A DNA stretch of 64,000 nt from Octopus vulgaris (GCA_951406725.2 OX597843.1:9486001-9550000); one strand, 5' to 3'; positions 13,298-25,073 are shown, counted from the stretch's first letter. Program-made: numbers and translations. Notes: generated by a model from the letters alone, not told the origin.

Positions 13298-13424
13298 CTG
13301 GCATATCAATAAGTTTCTTATAAACCGACAAAAAGGCTGCTTCTGCTGCCTTGCTTCGCTTTGACAGTGCATCGACTTCAGCTTGGAAGCTCCGTAGTAG
13401 AGGGCCAACTGCCTGCCGTGTCTC
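13298..13424 (-). CDS. CUX1: Internal coding exon of cut-like homeobox / CASP gene (N-terminal coiled coil)
   Basis: Polypyrimidine tract and cttcag acceptor; 127 nt encoding [42 protein letters not shown] plus G; donor CAG|gtaacg. Closely matches vertebrate CUX1/[47 protein letters not shown] (recalled sequence). Confidence 0.93.
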
Positions 13425-13589
13425 CTGAAGGTGGGGGAAGAAAGAAAGAAAGAAATAAGACCGGGCACATTTACAAAGAGTTGAGAATAAGGAAACACAA
13501 GGAATATGTTACAACAGAACCTCATCATCGTCGTCAGTCATCCAGGCAAACACATCAGGTTCGTATTAATAGACACAGACGACAAGATG

Positions 13590-14018
13590 GACAGAGAGAG
13601 AGAGAGAGAGAGAGAGAGGAACAGATAACTAGATAAACACAGATATATATATGTATATATATGTGTATATATGTGTATATATATGTATATATATGTATAC
13701 ATATATATGTGTGTATATATATGTGTGTATGTGTATATATATAAGTGTGTGTATATATATATATATATATATATTTATATGTGTGTGTGTGTGTATGCAT
13801 GTGTGTGTGTGTGTGCATGTGCGTGTGTGTGTGTGCATATATATATAAATATACATATATATATGTGTGTGTGTGTATATATATATGTGTGTGTGTGTGC
13901 GCATATATATATATATATACATATGACAGATGAAGAGAGAGAGAGAGAGCAAGAGAAACAGACAGATATGACAGACAGACAGACAAAAAGACAGATAGAT
14001 AGATAGATAGACAGACAG

Positions 14019-14053
<35 letters not shown>

Positions 14054-14149
14054 TATATATATATACACATATATATATAGATATGATAGATAGCTAAATA
14101 GATAGGCAGACAGATAGACAGATAACCACGAATAGATAGATAGATAGAC

Positions 14150-14186
<37 letters not shown>

Positions 14187-14869
14187 GGGACACATAGCCA
14201 GATGGACAGACAGACAGACAGATGGAATAATGGATAAACAGACCGGTTGTCTGTATGGATGGATGGTTGACTGTATTTAGTCACAGTAATTAACTATCTT
14301 AAACCAGCAACAATATATGTATATATATATATGTGTGTGTGTGTATGTATGTATGTGTGTAAATATAAATATACATACATATATTCACAAACACACACAC
14401 ACACACACAAATATAGATACATGTTTATATATCTGACACATATATAATTAAATATGTATACACACACAAACACACATATGCCACATATATAGGCATATGG
14501 ATATGTATTTGTAAAGCAGACATACATGCGTGTGTGTGTATAATATATATATATATATAAATATATATAAATATGTGTGTGTGTATATATATATATAAAT
14601 ATATATAAATATGTGTGTGTGTATATATATATATAAATATATATAAATATGTGTGTGTGTATATATATATATAAATATATATAAATATGTGTGTGTATAT
14701 ATATATATATAAATATATATAAATATGTGTGTGTGTGTATATATATATATAAATATGTGTGTGTGTATATATATATATATATATAAATATATATAAATAT
14801 GTGTGTATATATATATATATATATAAATATATATAAATATGTGTGTATATATATATATATATATAAATA

Positions 14870-14901
<32 letters not shown>

Positions 14902-14985
14902 AATATATATAAATATGTGTGTATATATATATATATATAAATATGTGTGTGTGTATATATATATATATATAAATATATATAAATA

Positions 14986-15017
<32 letters not shown>

Positions 15018-15100
15018 AATATATATAAATATATGTGTGTGTATATATATTTATATATATATTTATATATATATATGTATATATGTATGTATGTATATAT
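13590..15100. repeat. Microsatellite field; 14540-15060 is a higher-order unit ATAAATATATATAAATAT(GT)n(AT)n
   Basis: Direct inspection. Confidence 0.92.
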
Positions 15101-15698
15101 AGAAGCACACTTGTGGGTGTCTATATGTGCTAGATAAACACAAGCACATGTGTATGGGGAGGGTCTGTAGTAGAGAGGAAGAAGAAGACAATGTTTTGCT
15201 GGTTAAGTATGGAGTAGACTGTTTGTGGTGATGTAATTTGTGTGGGAGGGAGTCAGGGATGGAGTGGTACTGGCGGCGGTGGTGGTGGTGGTGGCTTACA
15301 GGGGAGTAAGAGAGATGGAGATAAGGAAGGAAGTAGAAATATTGGGAAGCGGGGGGGGGGGGAGAAGAGAGAAGACAGAGGAAGAAGAGAAGACAAGAGA
15401 AGCGAAGAAGAGAGAAAAAAAGGGGACGGGAGAAGAAAGAAAATGGAGAGAGGAGAGAGAGAGAGAGAGAAGAAGTGAAAGTGGTGAAAGATGATGGAGA
15501 GACGAGAGGAGGAGAGGAAAGGGAGAAAAGAGAGAAAGCAAGCCGGTGGGTTGGGTGGTGGGGGCAGATGGAAGAGGGAGAAAGAGAAAGAGAAAAGAGA
15601 GAAGAGGAGGGTTTAAGATTGGTAGAAAAAAATGAAGACTGAAGTTGGGGGAAGTGAGGGAAAACAAAAGTATACCAGTGAGACACACATATATATAT

Positions 15699-15744
<46 letters not shown>

Positions 15745-15823
15745 TAAATATATTTTCCTCTGTGTGTGATTGTGTCTATATATATGTATCTTTGTGTGTG
15801 TTTGTGTGTGTGTATATATTTAA

Positions 15824-15856
<33 letters not shown>

Positions 15857-16034
15857 TGCATACACACACAGAGTGAGTGAGAGAGAGAGAGATGTGTGGA
15901 GGAAGAGGCAAGAGGGAGGTGTGAGTTGCCAATTTCTTTTCTTTTCTTTTCTTTTTTCTTTCTCTTTTTTTCAAATCTGGAGATTTTTTTCTCACAGTTT
16001 ACTGATATTTGGTCAGATCTTTTAATCAGGATAG

Positions 16035-16075
<41 letters not shown>

Positions 16076-16580
16076 GCATGTATGCCTGTACGTGTGCGAG
16101 TGCATGTGTGTATGTGTGCGTGTGCGAGGGGTCTGCATATCTGTCAGTCAGTCCCATCACCACAAATAGACCGTCGTCGTCGTCGTCGTTGTCGCCGCCC
16201 ACTGCCCCCACGACCATCATAGTCGGCGGCACAATTGCCACCACCACCACCACCACCCATAGCAACTGTATGAAGTTGTGCTGTCAGTGTAGAAATAGGT
16301 GAGACCTGCTGAAGAAAAAAAGCGCATAATGAAGAAGACAGCACTAGAAACAGCACACAGCTTATATAATGATTATATCATCATCATCATCGTCGTCATC
16401 ATTATCATCGTCACCATCCGCATCATCACCATCGCCATCATCATCGTACTGCAGCAGCTGTTGTCATCAATATTCAGCGACAACAGCAAGCGCAGGAATT
16501 AGGCGACATCAGCATCATCGTTATATACGGGCTGCTACGGCTACACGAAGTGACATATTTAGAAGATGTCTAATACAAAC

Positions 16581-16638
16581 ATGTGTGTGTGTGTGTGTGT
16601 GTGTGTGAGAGTCTGCATATATGTGTGTCAGTGTGTGT

Positions 16639-16669
<31 letters not shown>

Positions 16670-16802
16670 AGTCTGCAAATATGTGTGTCAGTGTGTGTGT
16701 GTATGTGTGTGTGTGTGAGTCTGCAAATATGTGTGTCAGTGTGTGTGTGTATGTGTGTGTGTGTGTGTGTGAGAGTCTGCAAATATGTGTGTCAGTGTGT
16801 GT

Positions 16803-16841
<39 letters not shown>

Positions 16842-16894
16842 TCTGCAAATATGTGTGTCAGTGTGTGTGTGTGTGAGAGTCTGCAAATATGTGT

Positions 16895-16965
<71 letters not shown>

Positions 16966-17050
16966 AGTCGGTAAATATGTGTGTCAGTGTGTGTGTGTCT
17001 CTCTGTGTGTGTGTGTGTGTGAGTCTGCAAATATGTGTGTCAGTGTGTGT

Positions 17051-17105
<55 letters not shown>

Positions 17106-17128
17106 GGAGAGTCTGCAAATATGTGTGT

Positions 17129-17173
<45 letters not shown>

Positions 17174-17280
17174 AGTCTGCAAACATGTGTGTCAGTGTGT
17201 GTGTGTGTGTGTGTGAGAGTCTGCAAATATGTGTGTCAATGTGTGTCAGTGTGTGTGTGTGTGTGTGTGTGTGTCTGCAT
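16581..17280. repeat. (GT)n-based minisatellite with core GAGTCTGCAAATATGTGTGTCA, about 11-12 units
   Basis: Core near 16611, 16671, 16719, 16775, 16841, 16879, 16967, 17023, 17111, 17175 and 17219. Confidence 0.92.
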
Positions 17281-17324
17281 GTGTTGCTATTCTGAGAAGA
17301 GTGTCATTGCCAAAGTGAAGTTAC

Positions 17325-17390
17325 CTGAAGGCCAGGAAACTCATGGTAGCAACAACATCCAAAAAAAAGCACCAACCACAATATGTACAT
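17325..17390 (-). CDS. Candidate alternative first coding exon ([22 protein letters not shown]), phase-compatible with the CUX exon
   Basis: ATG at 17390, 66 nt open, donor CAG|gtaact in phase 0; no homology support. Confidence 0.25.
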
Positions 17391-17458
17391 TCAAAAACAA
17401 AATATACATATGCACAAACATATATATACATATATATATGTATATACACACATATACA

Positions 17459-17497
<39 letters not shown>

Positions 17498-17518
17498 TCT
17501 GAGATTTAATAATGCCTC

Positions 17519-17551
<33 letters not shown>

Positions 17552-17558
<7 letters not shown>

Positions 17559-17739
17559 AAATATTGAATTTCTAAATCTCTAGTAGAGACATGTACGGTG
17601 GTGGGGCGATAGAATGGTTGTATACTGTCAATCTAACAAGAACGTGACAGTAGGGGGTACACCACCGTTGTATAGCCCTAGGAGGCATCGAACGCCTCCT
17701 GACAGCATCGACACATTTTTTTCCCTGTGTCCTTATATA
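17552..17739. other. Highly structured element inserted in (TA)n
   Basis: Stems 17595-603/17660-668, 17623-630/17645-652, 17680-686/17694-700 and 17710-715/17726-731; ends TATATAAG...CTTATATA. Confidence 0.6.
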
Positions 17740-18140
17740 ATATGTGAAGGGGAGACAAACACCCATATATATATACAAACATACATATATACACACACAT
17801 ATATCATCATCTTCATTTAACATCCAATTTTCCATGCTGGCATGGGTTGTATGGTTCGACTGGGATCTGGGAAGCCAGGAGGCTGCACCAGGCCCCAATC
17901 TGATCTGGCAGTGGTTCTACATCTGGATGCCCTTCCTGATGCCAACCACTCCGAGAGTGTAATGGGTACTCTTAACGTGCCACCAGCACAGGGGCCGGAG
18001 GACCTGGCATCAACCACGATCAGATGGTGTTTTTTACGTGCCACCGGCACACACACACAAACACACACATAAAAACACACATACATATGTAAATATATAT
18101 ATTTATATACATATACATATATAAATATATATACATATAG

Positions 18141-18343
18141 TTAATCCAAACATGAAAGCACAATAAACAACAACAACGCAAGGACGTGGAACAAATATAG
18201 TATTATTGGACGCTCAGGAAAGAAGGAGGGTTTAACATTTCGAGCGGAGCTCTTCGTCGGAAAGATAGGAGAAGGAAAGATCCAGAGAAGGGAAGACAGA
18301 GGGAGAAAAATCGCCAACGGTACACACGCGGTCACATTTTGAA
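18141..18343 (-). mobile_element. Penelope-like terminal remnant with degenerate minimal hammerhead motif
   Basis: Minus strand CCGACGA-AGAGC-TCC-GCTC-GAAA-TGTT-AAAC at 18230-18260. Confidence 0.55.
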
Positions 18344-18595
18344 TGTGTGTGTGTGTGTGTGCGTGTGTATATATAGATATATATATATAATTTATAATAT
18401 ATTTATAATTTATAAGTTTAAATTATTAATTTAAATAATTTTTTAAAATTTTAAATTTAATTTAAATATTTTAATTGGATTTTTATAGTTTATATTTTAT
18501 ATGTTTTATATATTTTTTAATTAATTTTATTTCTATGTATTGGCTTATGATTTTCACTGTTTGATTTGCCTAATAGTGGTTTTATCTTTAATTTA

Positions 18596-18643
<48 letters not shown>

Positions 18644-18670
18644 TACGTTTCTCCATTTTCTCATTTTGTG

Positions 18671-18715
<45 letters not shown>

Positions 18716-19034
18716 GTCATCATTTAACATTTGTTTTCCATGCTAGGATGGATTATACGGTTTGACAGGAGTCTGCAAGTCTGAGAGGCTGCACCAAGCT
18801 CTGATTGTCTATCTGGACACGGTTCCTAGAGCTTGATACCCTTTCTAACGCCAACCACTTTACAGAGCGTATTGGTAGCTTAACACTTGGTGCCAGCGTG
18901 GATGCCCTTTCCGTGCCACCAGCGCAGGTGCTTTTCCACATAACCCCAGCAAGTGCTTGTACATGAGAATTCGTCTGTCTCTATCTTTCTGAATACAGGG
19001 ACATCCCTCTCTCGCTCTCTCTCTCTCTGTCTTT

Positions 19035-19375
19035 TTTTTTTTACTTGTTTCAGTCATTTGACTGTGGCCATGCTGGAGCACCACCTTTAGTCGAACAAAT
19101 CGACCCCAGGACTTATTCTTTGTTAGCCTAGTACTTATTCTATTGGTTGTCAAGCAATTTTGGGAGGGGATAAACACAGACACACAAACATACATATATA
19201 TATACATATATAAGACGGGCTTCTTTCAGTTTCCGTCTACCAAATCCACTCACAAGACTTTGGTCAGCCCGAGGCTATAGTAGAAGACACTTGCCCAAGG
19301 TGCCACGCAGTGGGACTGAACCCGGAACCATGTGGTTGGTAAGCAAGCTACTTACCACACAGCCACTCCTGTGCC
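19035..19375 (-). mobile_element. SINE family A (internally deleted)
   Basis: Head, CORE-like segment and tail match the other A copies. Confidence 0.88.
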
Positions 19376-20169
19376 CTTTCTCTTTCTCTCTGTATATACA
19401 CACACACACACACACACACAAAATGTATATCATGTGAACATGCAGGCTGTCAGATGTTGTTACACATCACTGGTCACAGTGCAGTTTTTGCATCGTTTTA
19501 GCCTCCAAATGACACCGCTGTCTAGGCCAATGTTCCGCCCCCTCCCACAGCCTGACAAAAGCAGGGGCTGGAGCAATGTAAAATAAAGTGTTTTGTTCAA
19601 AATCACAATGTGGCCACCCAGTCAGGAATTGAACACACAGTCTAGTGATCGGGAGTGCAACAGCCTAACCACTAGGTCACAAACCTTCACAAGGTGTATA
19701 TATACATACATACATGTTCTTTGATTCTTGTTTCAATTATTTGACTGTTGCCATGCTGGAGCACCGCCATTCGTCGAACGAATCGACCCCAGGAGTTATT
19801 TTTGGCAAGCCTAGTACTTATTCTATTGGTTTCTTTTGTCGAACCACTAAGTTACAGGGACATAAATACACCAACATGGCTTTCAAGCGATAGAGGGGGA
19901 ACAGACATACATGATCGTCATCATCATTTAATGTCCACTTTCCGTGCTGGCATGGGTTGGACAGTTTGACGGGGAACTAGGCAGCCAGGAGGCTGCACCA
20001 GGCTTCAATCTAATCTGGCGAGGTTTCTACAGCTGGATGCCCTTCCTAACGCCAAACACTCTGAGAGTATAGCGGGTATGTTTTACGTGCCACCAGCAGA
20101 GGGGCCAGTCAGGCGGTACTTGCATCAACATGCTCAAATGGTACTTTTTATGTGCCACCAGCACACACA

Positions 20170-20775
20170 CACACACACACATATATATATACGACAGGCT
20201 TCTTTCAGTTTCCATGTACCAAATCCACTCACAATGCTTTGGTCAGCCTGAGGCTTTAGTAGAAGACACTTGCCCAAGGTGCCACGCAGTGGGACTGAAC
20301 CCGGAACCATGTGGTTGGTAAGCAAGCTACTTACCACACACCCACATATATATATATACATATATACGACGGGCTTCTTTCAGTTTCCGTCTTCCGAATG
20401 CACTCACAATGCTTTGGTCAGCCTGAGGCTTTAGTAGAAGACACTTGCCCAAGGTGCCACACAGTGGGACTGAACCCAGAACCATGTGGAAGCATTACTT
20501 ACCACACACCCACATATATATATATACATATATACGACGGGCTTCTTTCAGTTTCAGTCTACCAAATCCACTCACAAAACACACACATACACACACACAC
20601 ACACACATATACGACAGGCTTCTTTCAGTTTCCGTCTACCAAATCCACTCACAATACACACACACACACATATATATATATACATATATACGACAGGTTT
20701 CTTTCAGTTTCCATGTACCAAATCCACTCACAATGCATTGGTAAGCAAGCTACTTACCACACAACCACTCCTGTG
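20170..20775 (-). mobile_element. Cluster of partially duplicated SINE A heads separated by microsatellites
   Basis: (G)CTTCTTTCAGTTT...CACTCACAA recurs five times. Confidence 0.8.
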
Positions 20776-21148
20776 CTTATATACATATATGTGAAGGTGC
20801 ATGGCTGAGTGGATAGGGTGGTGCACTCACAACTACAAGAATAACAATCCACTGTTTTCTTGAACAAAACATGCTTTTCTAGTCCTGTCAGCTGTAAACA
20901 GTTAACCCTATGATGCACCGAATGTTGGCCTGCCCACGCAGCAAGTGGCATCATAACAGTCAAATTTCAAAAATTACAACAATGCAAGGAAGTGTACTGT
21001 AACCAGTGATGTGTAACAACATCCAATAAAGTGTGAGATTACTGGTTGATACAGTAATTATGCGTGTGTGTGTGTGTGTGTGCAGGAGTGGCTGTGTGGT
21101 AAGAAGCTTGCTTCTCAACTACATGGTTTTGGGTTCAGTCCCACTGTG

Positions 21149-21804
21149 TGAACCAATTCTACTATATGGCTCAGAAACCTGGACGTTATCAAAGAAGCTT
21201 GAGAGGCGGTTGGATGGAACCTACACTCGCCTCCTTATGAGAGCTCAAAATCTCTCGTGGAAGCGTCATCCAACCAAAGTACAAATATATGGGAAACTAC
21301 CACCTGTGTCGTCTCTTGTGAAAGGTAGGAGAGTCCAGTTTGCTGGACATTGTTGTAGAGCTGAAAAAGAGGTAATTTCTACTCTTCTCCTCTGGAAGCC
21401 ATCTACTCGCAATACCAGAGGGCGCACACACTTCGAGAGGCAGTAGGATGGAACCTACACTCGCCTCCTTATGAGAGCTCAAAATCTCTCGTGGAAGCGC
21501 CATCCAACCAAAGTGCAAATATATGGGAAATTACCACCTGTGTCATCTCTTGTGAAAGGTAGGAGAGTCCAGTTTGCTGGACATTGTTGTAGAGCTGAAA
21601 TCGAGGCAATTTCTACTCTTCTCCTCTGGAAGCCATCTACTCGCAATACCAGAGGGCGCACACTCTCCTACCCTGATGTAATCTCCAGGGATACAGGCAT
21701 CCAGCAACAGGACCTCCGTAATGCTATGATGGATCGTGAAGTCTGGCATAGCATGGTAAATTCCATTGTCTCGACCACGGTCGAACAATGATGATGATGA
21801 TGAT
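21149..21804 (+). mobile_element. RTE-like LINE family 2 3' end with 234-bp internal duplication, inserted into a SINE A
   Basis: EPILLYGSETWTLSKKLERRLDG...QFAGHCCR...DREVW, stop and (TGA)n tail; SINE A head at 21081-21149 resumes at about 21805 with TGTGTG duplicated. Confidence 0.9.
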
Positions 21805-22193
21805 GTGTGCCACTTTTGGCAAGTGTCTTCTGCTATAGCCTTGGGCTGACCAAATCCTTGAGTGGATTTCGTAGATGGAGACTGAAAGAAGCCCATCGTA
21901 TATATGTATGTGTATATGTGTGTATGTGTGTGTTTCTGGATCCGTGTTTGTCCCCAGCACCATCGCTTGACAAGTGATGTAGGTGTATTTATGACCCTGT
22001 AACTTAGCAGTTCGGCGAAAGAGACGGATTTTTACCTTTTGACCGACAGATTTAAACAATAATTTTTCGTAACTAAACACTTTCAAACTGGTAGAATGGG
22101 TCATATAAAACATCTTTTACTCTTAGCATTTTTGAGAAAAACTTATATTTACGAAGTTATTTCACTTTAATGTTGTCGTATTTCAACCAAGTG

Positions 22194-22740
22194 AAGGCGC
22201 GTGGATTAGTGGTTGGGGCATTCGACTGACGATTGTAAGGTCGTGAGTTCGATTCCCAGCGACGTGTTGTGTCCTTGAGCAAGACACTTTGTTTCACGTT
22301 GCTCCAGTCCACTCAGCTGGCAAAATGAGTTGTACCTGTATTTCAAAGGGCCAGCCTTGTCACACTCTGTGTCATGCTGAATCTCCCTGAGAACTACATT
22401 AACCCTTTAGCATTTAAACCGGCCATATCCGGCCAAAAGTATTCTACTTGTTTTATGTTCAAACTGGCCAGATCTGGTCTCTCACACCAACCCTACAATA
22501 TCGTTTTAAAAATTAACAGCTACCTCATCAAAATCTCAAAGCTACAAGATAATGCCTGATTAGTTCAAGGCAATGTGGATGAAAAAGCATTAGTTTTGGC
22601 AGAATAATGTGAACACTAAAGGGTTAAGGGTATGCATGTCTGTGGATTGCTCAGTCACTTGCACGTTAATTCCACAAGCAAGCTGTTCCGTTGATCGTAT
22701 CAGCGGGGACCCTCATCATCGTAACCGAACGAGTGCTCCT
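22194..22740 (+). mobile_element. SINE family C (tail type 2) with 12-bp TSD, interrupted by a MITE
   Basis: GGCGCGTGGATTAGTGGTT...GAGTTCGATTCC head; TATTTCAACCAA at 22179-22190 and 22750-22761. Confidence 0.85.
22403..22623. mobile_element. piggyBac-like MITE family 1 monomer (221 bp)
   Basis: TTAA|CCCTTTAG...CTAAAGGG|TTAA; the uninterrupted host site near 44600-44625 has a single TTAA. Confidence 0.88.
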
Positions 22741-22794
22741 ATATATATATATTTCAACCAATCAACGACGTGTATTCAGCTGAATAAAATTACT

Positions 22795-23139
22795 TTAATA
22801 GAACATTAATGGAATTTGTAGTTTTGTGGTGGCACATACGAAAACCATCCGAATGTGGCCGTAGCCAGTACCGCATTGACTGGCCTCCGTGCCGGTGGCA
22901 CGTAAAAACACCATCCGAGCGTGGCCGTTCGCCAGCCTCGTCTGGCACCTGTGTCGGTGGCACATAAAATCACCCACTACACTCTCGGAGTGGTTGGCGT
23001 TAGGAAGGGCATCCAGCTGTAGAAACACTGCCAGATCTGACTGGGGCCTGGTGCAGCCTTCGGGCTTCCCAGACCCCAGTTGAACCGTCCAACCCATGCT
23101 AGCATGGAAAGCGGACGTTAAACGATGATGATGATGATG
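22795..23139 (+). mobile_element. RTE family 1 3' UTR copy (similar copies at 42815-43140 -, 47893-48326 +, 49590-50010 +)
   Basis: Same sequence as 600-917, ending GGACGTTAAAC(GAT)n. Confidence 0.85.
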
Positions 23140-23207
23140 ACATGTATTGTGACCTTTCAGTAATAACAATATGCGTGTGTATGTAAATATATGTATGTGC
23201 GAGTGTG

Positions 23208-23285
23208 TACAGTAATCCCTCAACAATCGCGGGTATTACATTCCAAAACTCCCTGCAATAGGTGAAAATCTGCTAAGTAGAAACA
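23208..23285. mobile_element. pogo/Tigger-like DNA transposon terminus
   Basis: TA|CAGTAATCCCTCAACAATCGCGGGTATTACATTCC resembles Tigger-type TIRs (recalled pattern). Confidence 0.55.
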
Positions 23286-23289
23286 GTAC

Positions 23290-23510
23290 TCTCTTTTACG
23301 CTTTTACTTGTTTCAGTCATTTGACTGCGGCCATGCTGGAGCACCGCCTTTAGTCGAACAAATCGACCCCGGGACTTATTCTTTGTAAGCCCAGTACTTA
23401 TTCTATCGGTCTCTTTTGCCGAACCGCTAAGTGACGGGGACGTAAACACATCAGCATCGGTTGTCAAGCGATGTTGGGGGACAAACACAGACACACACAC
23501 ACACACACAG

Positions 23511-23543
<33 letters not shown>

Positions 23544-24716
23544 CATATATACGACAGGCTTCTTTCAGTTTCCGCCTACCACATCCACTCACAAGGCATT
23601 GGTCAGCCCGGGGCTATAGCAGAAGACACTTGCCCAAGATGCCACGCAGTGGGACTGAACCAGGAACCATGTGGTTGGTAAGCAAGCTTCTTACCACACA
23701 GCCACTCCTGCGCCTATATGATGGGCTTCTTTCAGTTTCCATCTACCAAATCCACTCACAAGGCATTGGTCGGCCCGGGGCTATAGCAGAAGACCCTTGC
23801 CCAAGATGCCACGCAGTGGGACTGAACCCGGAACCATGTGGTTGGTTAGCAAGCTACTTACCACACAGCCACTCCTGCGCCTATATGATGGGCTTCTTTC
23901 AGTTTCCATCTACCAAATCCACTCACAAGGCATTGGTCGGCCCGGAGCTATAGCAGAAGACACTTGCCCAAGATGCCACGCAGTGGGACTGAACCAGGAA
24001 CCATGTGGTTGGTTAGCAAGCTACTTACCACACAGCCACTCCTGCGCCTATATGATGGGCTTCTTTCAGTTTCCATCTACCAAATCCACTCACAAGGCAT
24101 TGGTCGGCCCGGGGCTATAGCAGAAGACACTTGCCCGAGATGCCACGCAGTGGGACTGAACCCGGAACCACGTGGTTGGTAAGCAAGCTACTTACCACAC
24201 AGCCACTCCTGCGCCTATATGATGGGCTTCTTTCAGTTTCCATCTACCAAATCCACTCACAAGGCATTGGTCGGCCCGGGGCTATAGCAGAAGACACTTG
24301 CCCGAGATGCCACGCAGTGGGACTGAACCCGGAACCACGTGGTTGGTAAGCAAGCTACTTACCACACAGCCACTCCTGCGCCTATATGATGGGCTTCTTT
24401 CAGTTTCCATCTACCAAATCCACTCACAAGGCATTGGTCGGCCCGGGGCTATAGCAGAAGACACTTGCCCGAGATGCCACGCAGTGGGACTGAACCCGGA
24501 ACCACGTGGTTGGTAAGCAAGCTACTTACCACACAGCCACTCCTGCGCCTATATGATGGGCTTCTTTCAGTTTCTGTCTACCAAATCCACTCACAAGGCA
24601 TTGGTCGGCCCGGGGCTATAGCAGAAGACACTTGCCCGAGATGCCACGCAGTGGGACTGAACCCGGAACCACGTGGTTGGTAAGCAAGCTACTTACCACA
24701 CAGCCACTCTTACACC
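23290..24716 (-). repeat. SINE A with its 167-bp head amplified to 7 tandem copies
   Basis: Added units start at 23716, 23883, 24050, 24217, 24384 and 24551 after the full copy at 23290-23715. Confidence 0.95.
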
Positions 24717-24882
24717 AAGGATTTATTGTTTTGTTTTTGTAAGCTTCCTCTATCAGTTTCTTTTGACGAACTGCTAGGCTATGGGGACACAAACACTACA
24801 ACAGCGGTTGTCAAATGGCGACCGGGGGTGGGGGTGGGGACAAACAACAGACACAAAGGCACAGACAACAAATACATATATA

Positions 24883-25034
24883 GTGTGTGTGTGTGTGTGT
24901 GTGTCTGTCTGTGTGTCTGTCTGTGTGTGTATGTGTGTCTGTGTGTGTATGTGTGTGTGTCTGTATGTATGTGTGTGTGTGTGTGTGTGTGTCTATGTGT
25001 GTGTGTCTGTGTGTGTGTGTATGTGTGTCTGTGT

Positions 25035-25073
<39 letters not shown>

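Noticed and set aside
13196-13528. 110-aa ORF overlapping the exon
   Set aside because: Wrong frame; the conserved CUX/CASP peptide is in another frame bounded by splice sites
23471-24683. Repeated ORFs MPKMPRSGTEPGTMWLVSK...
   Set aside because: Antisense translations of SINE A heads
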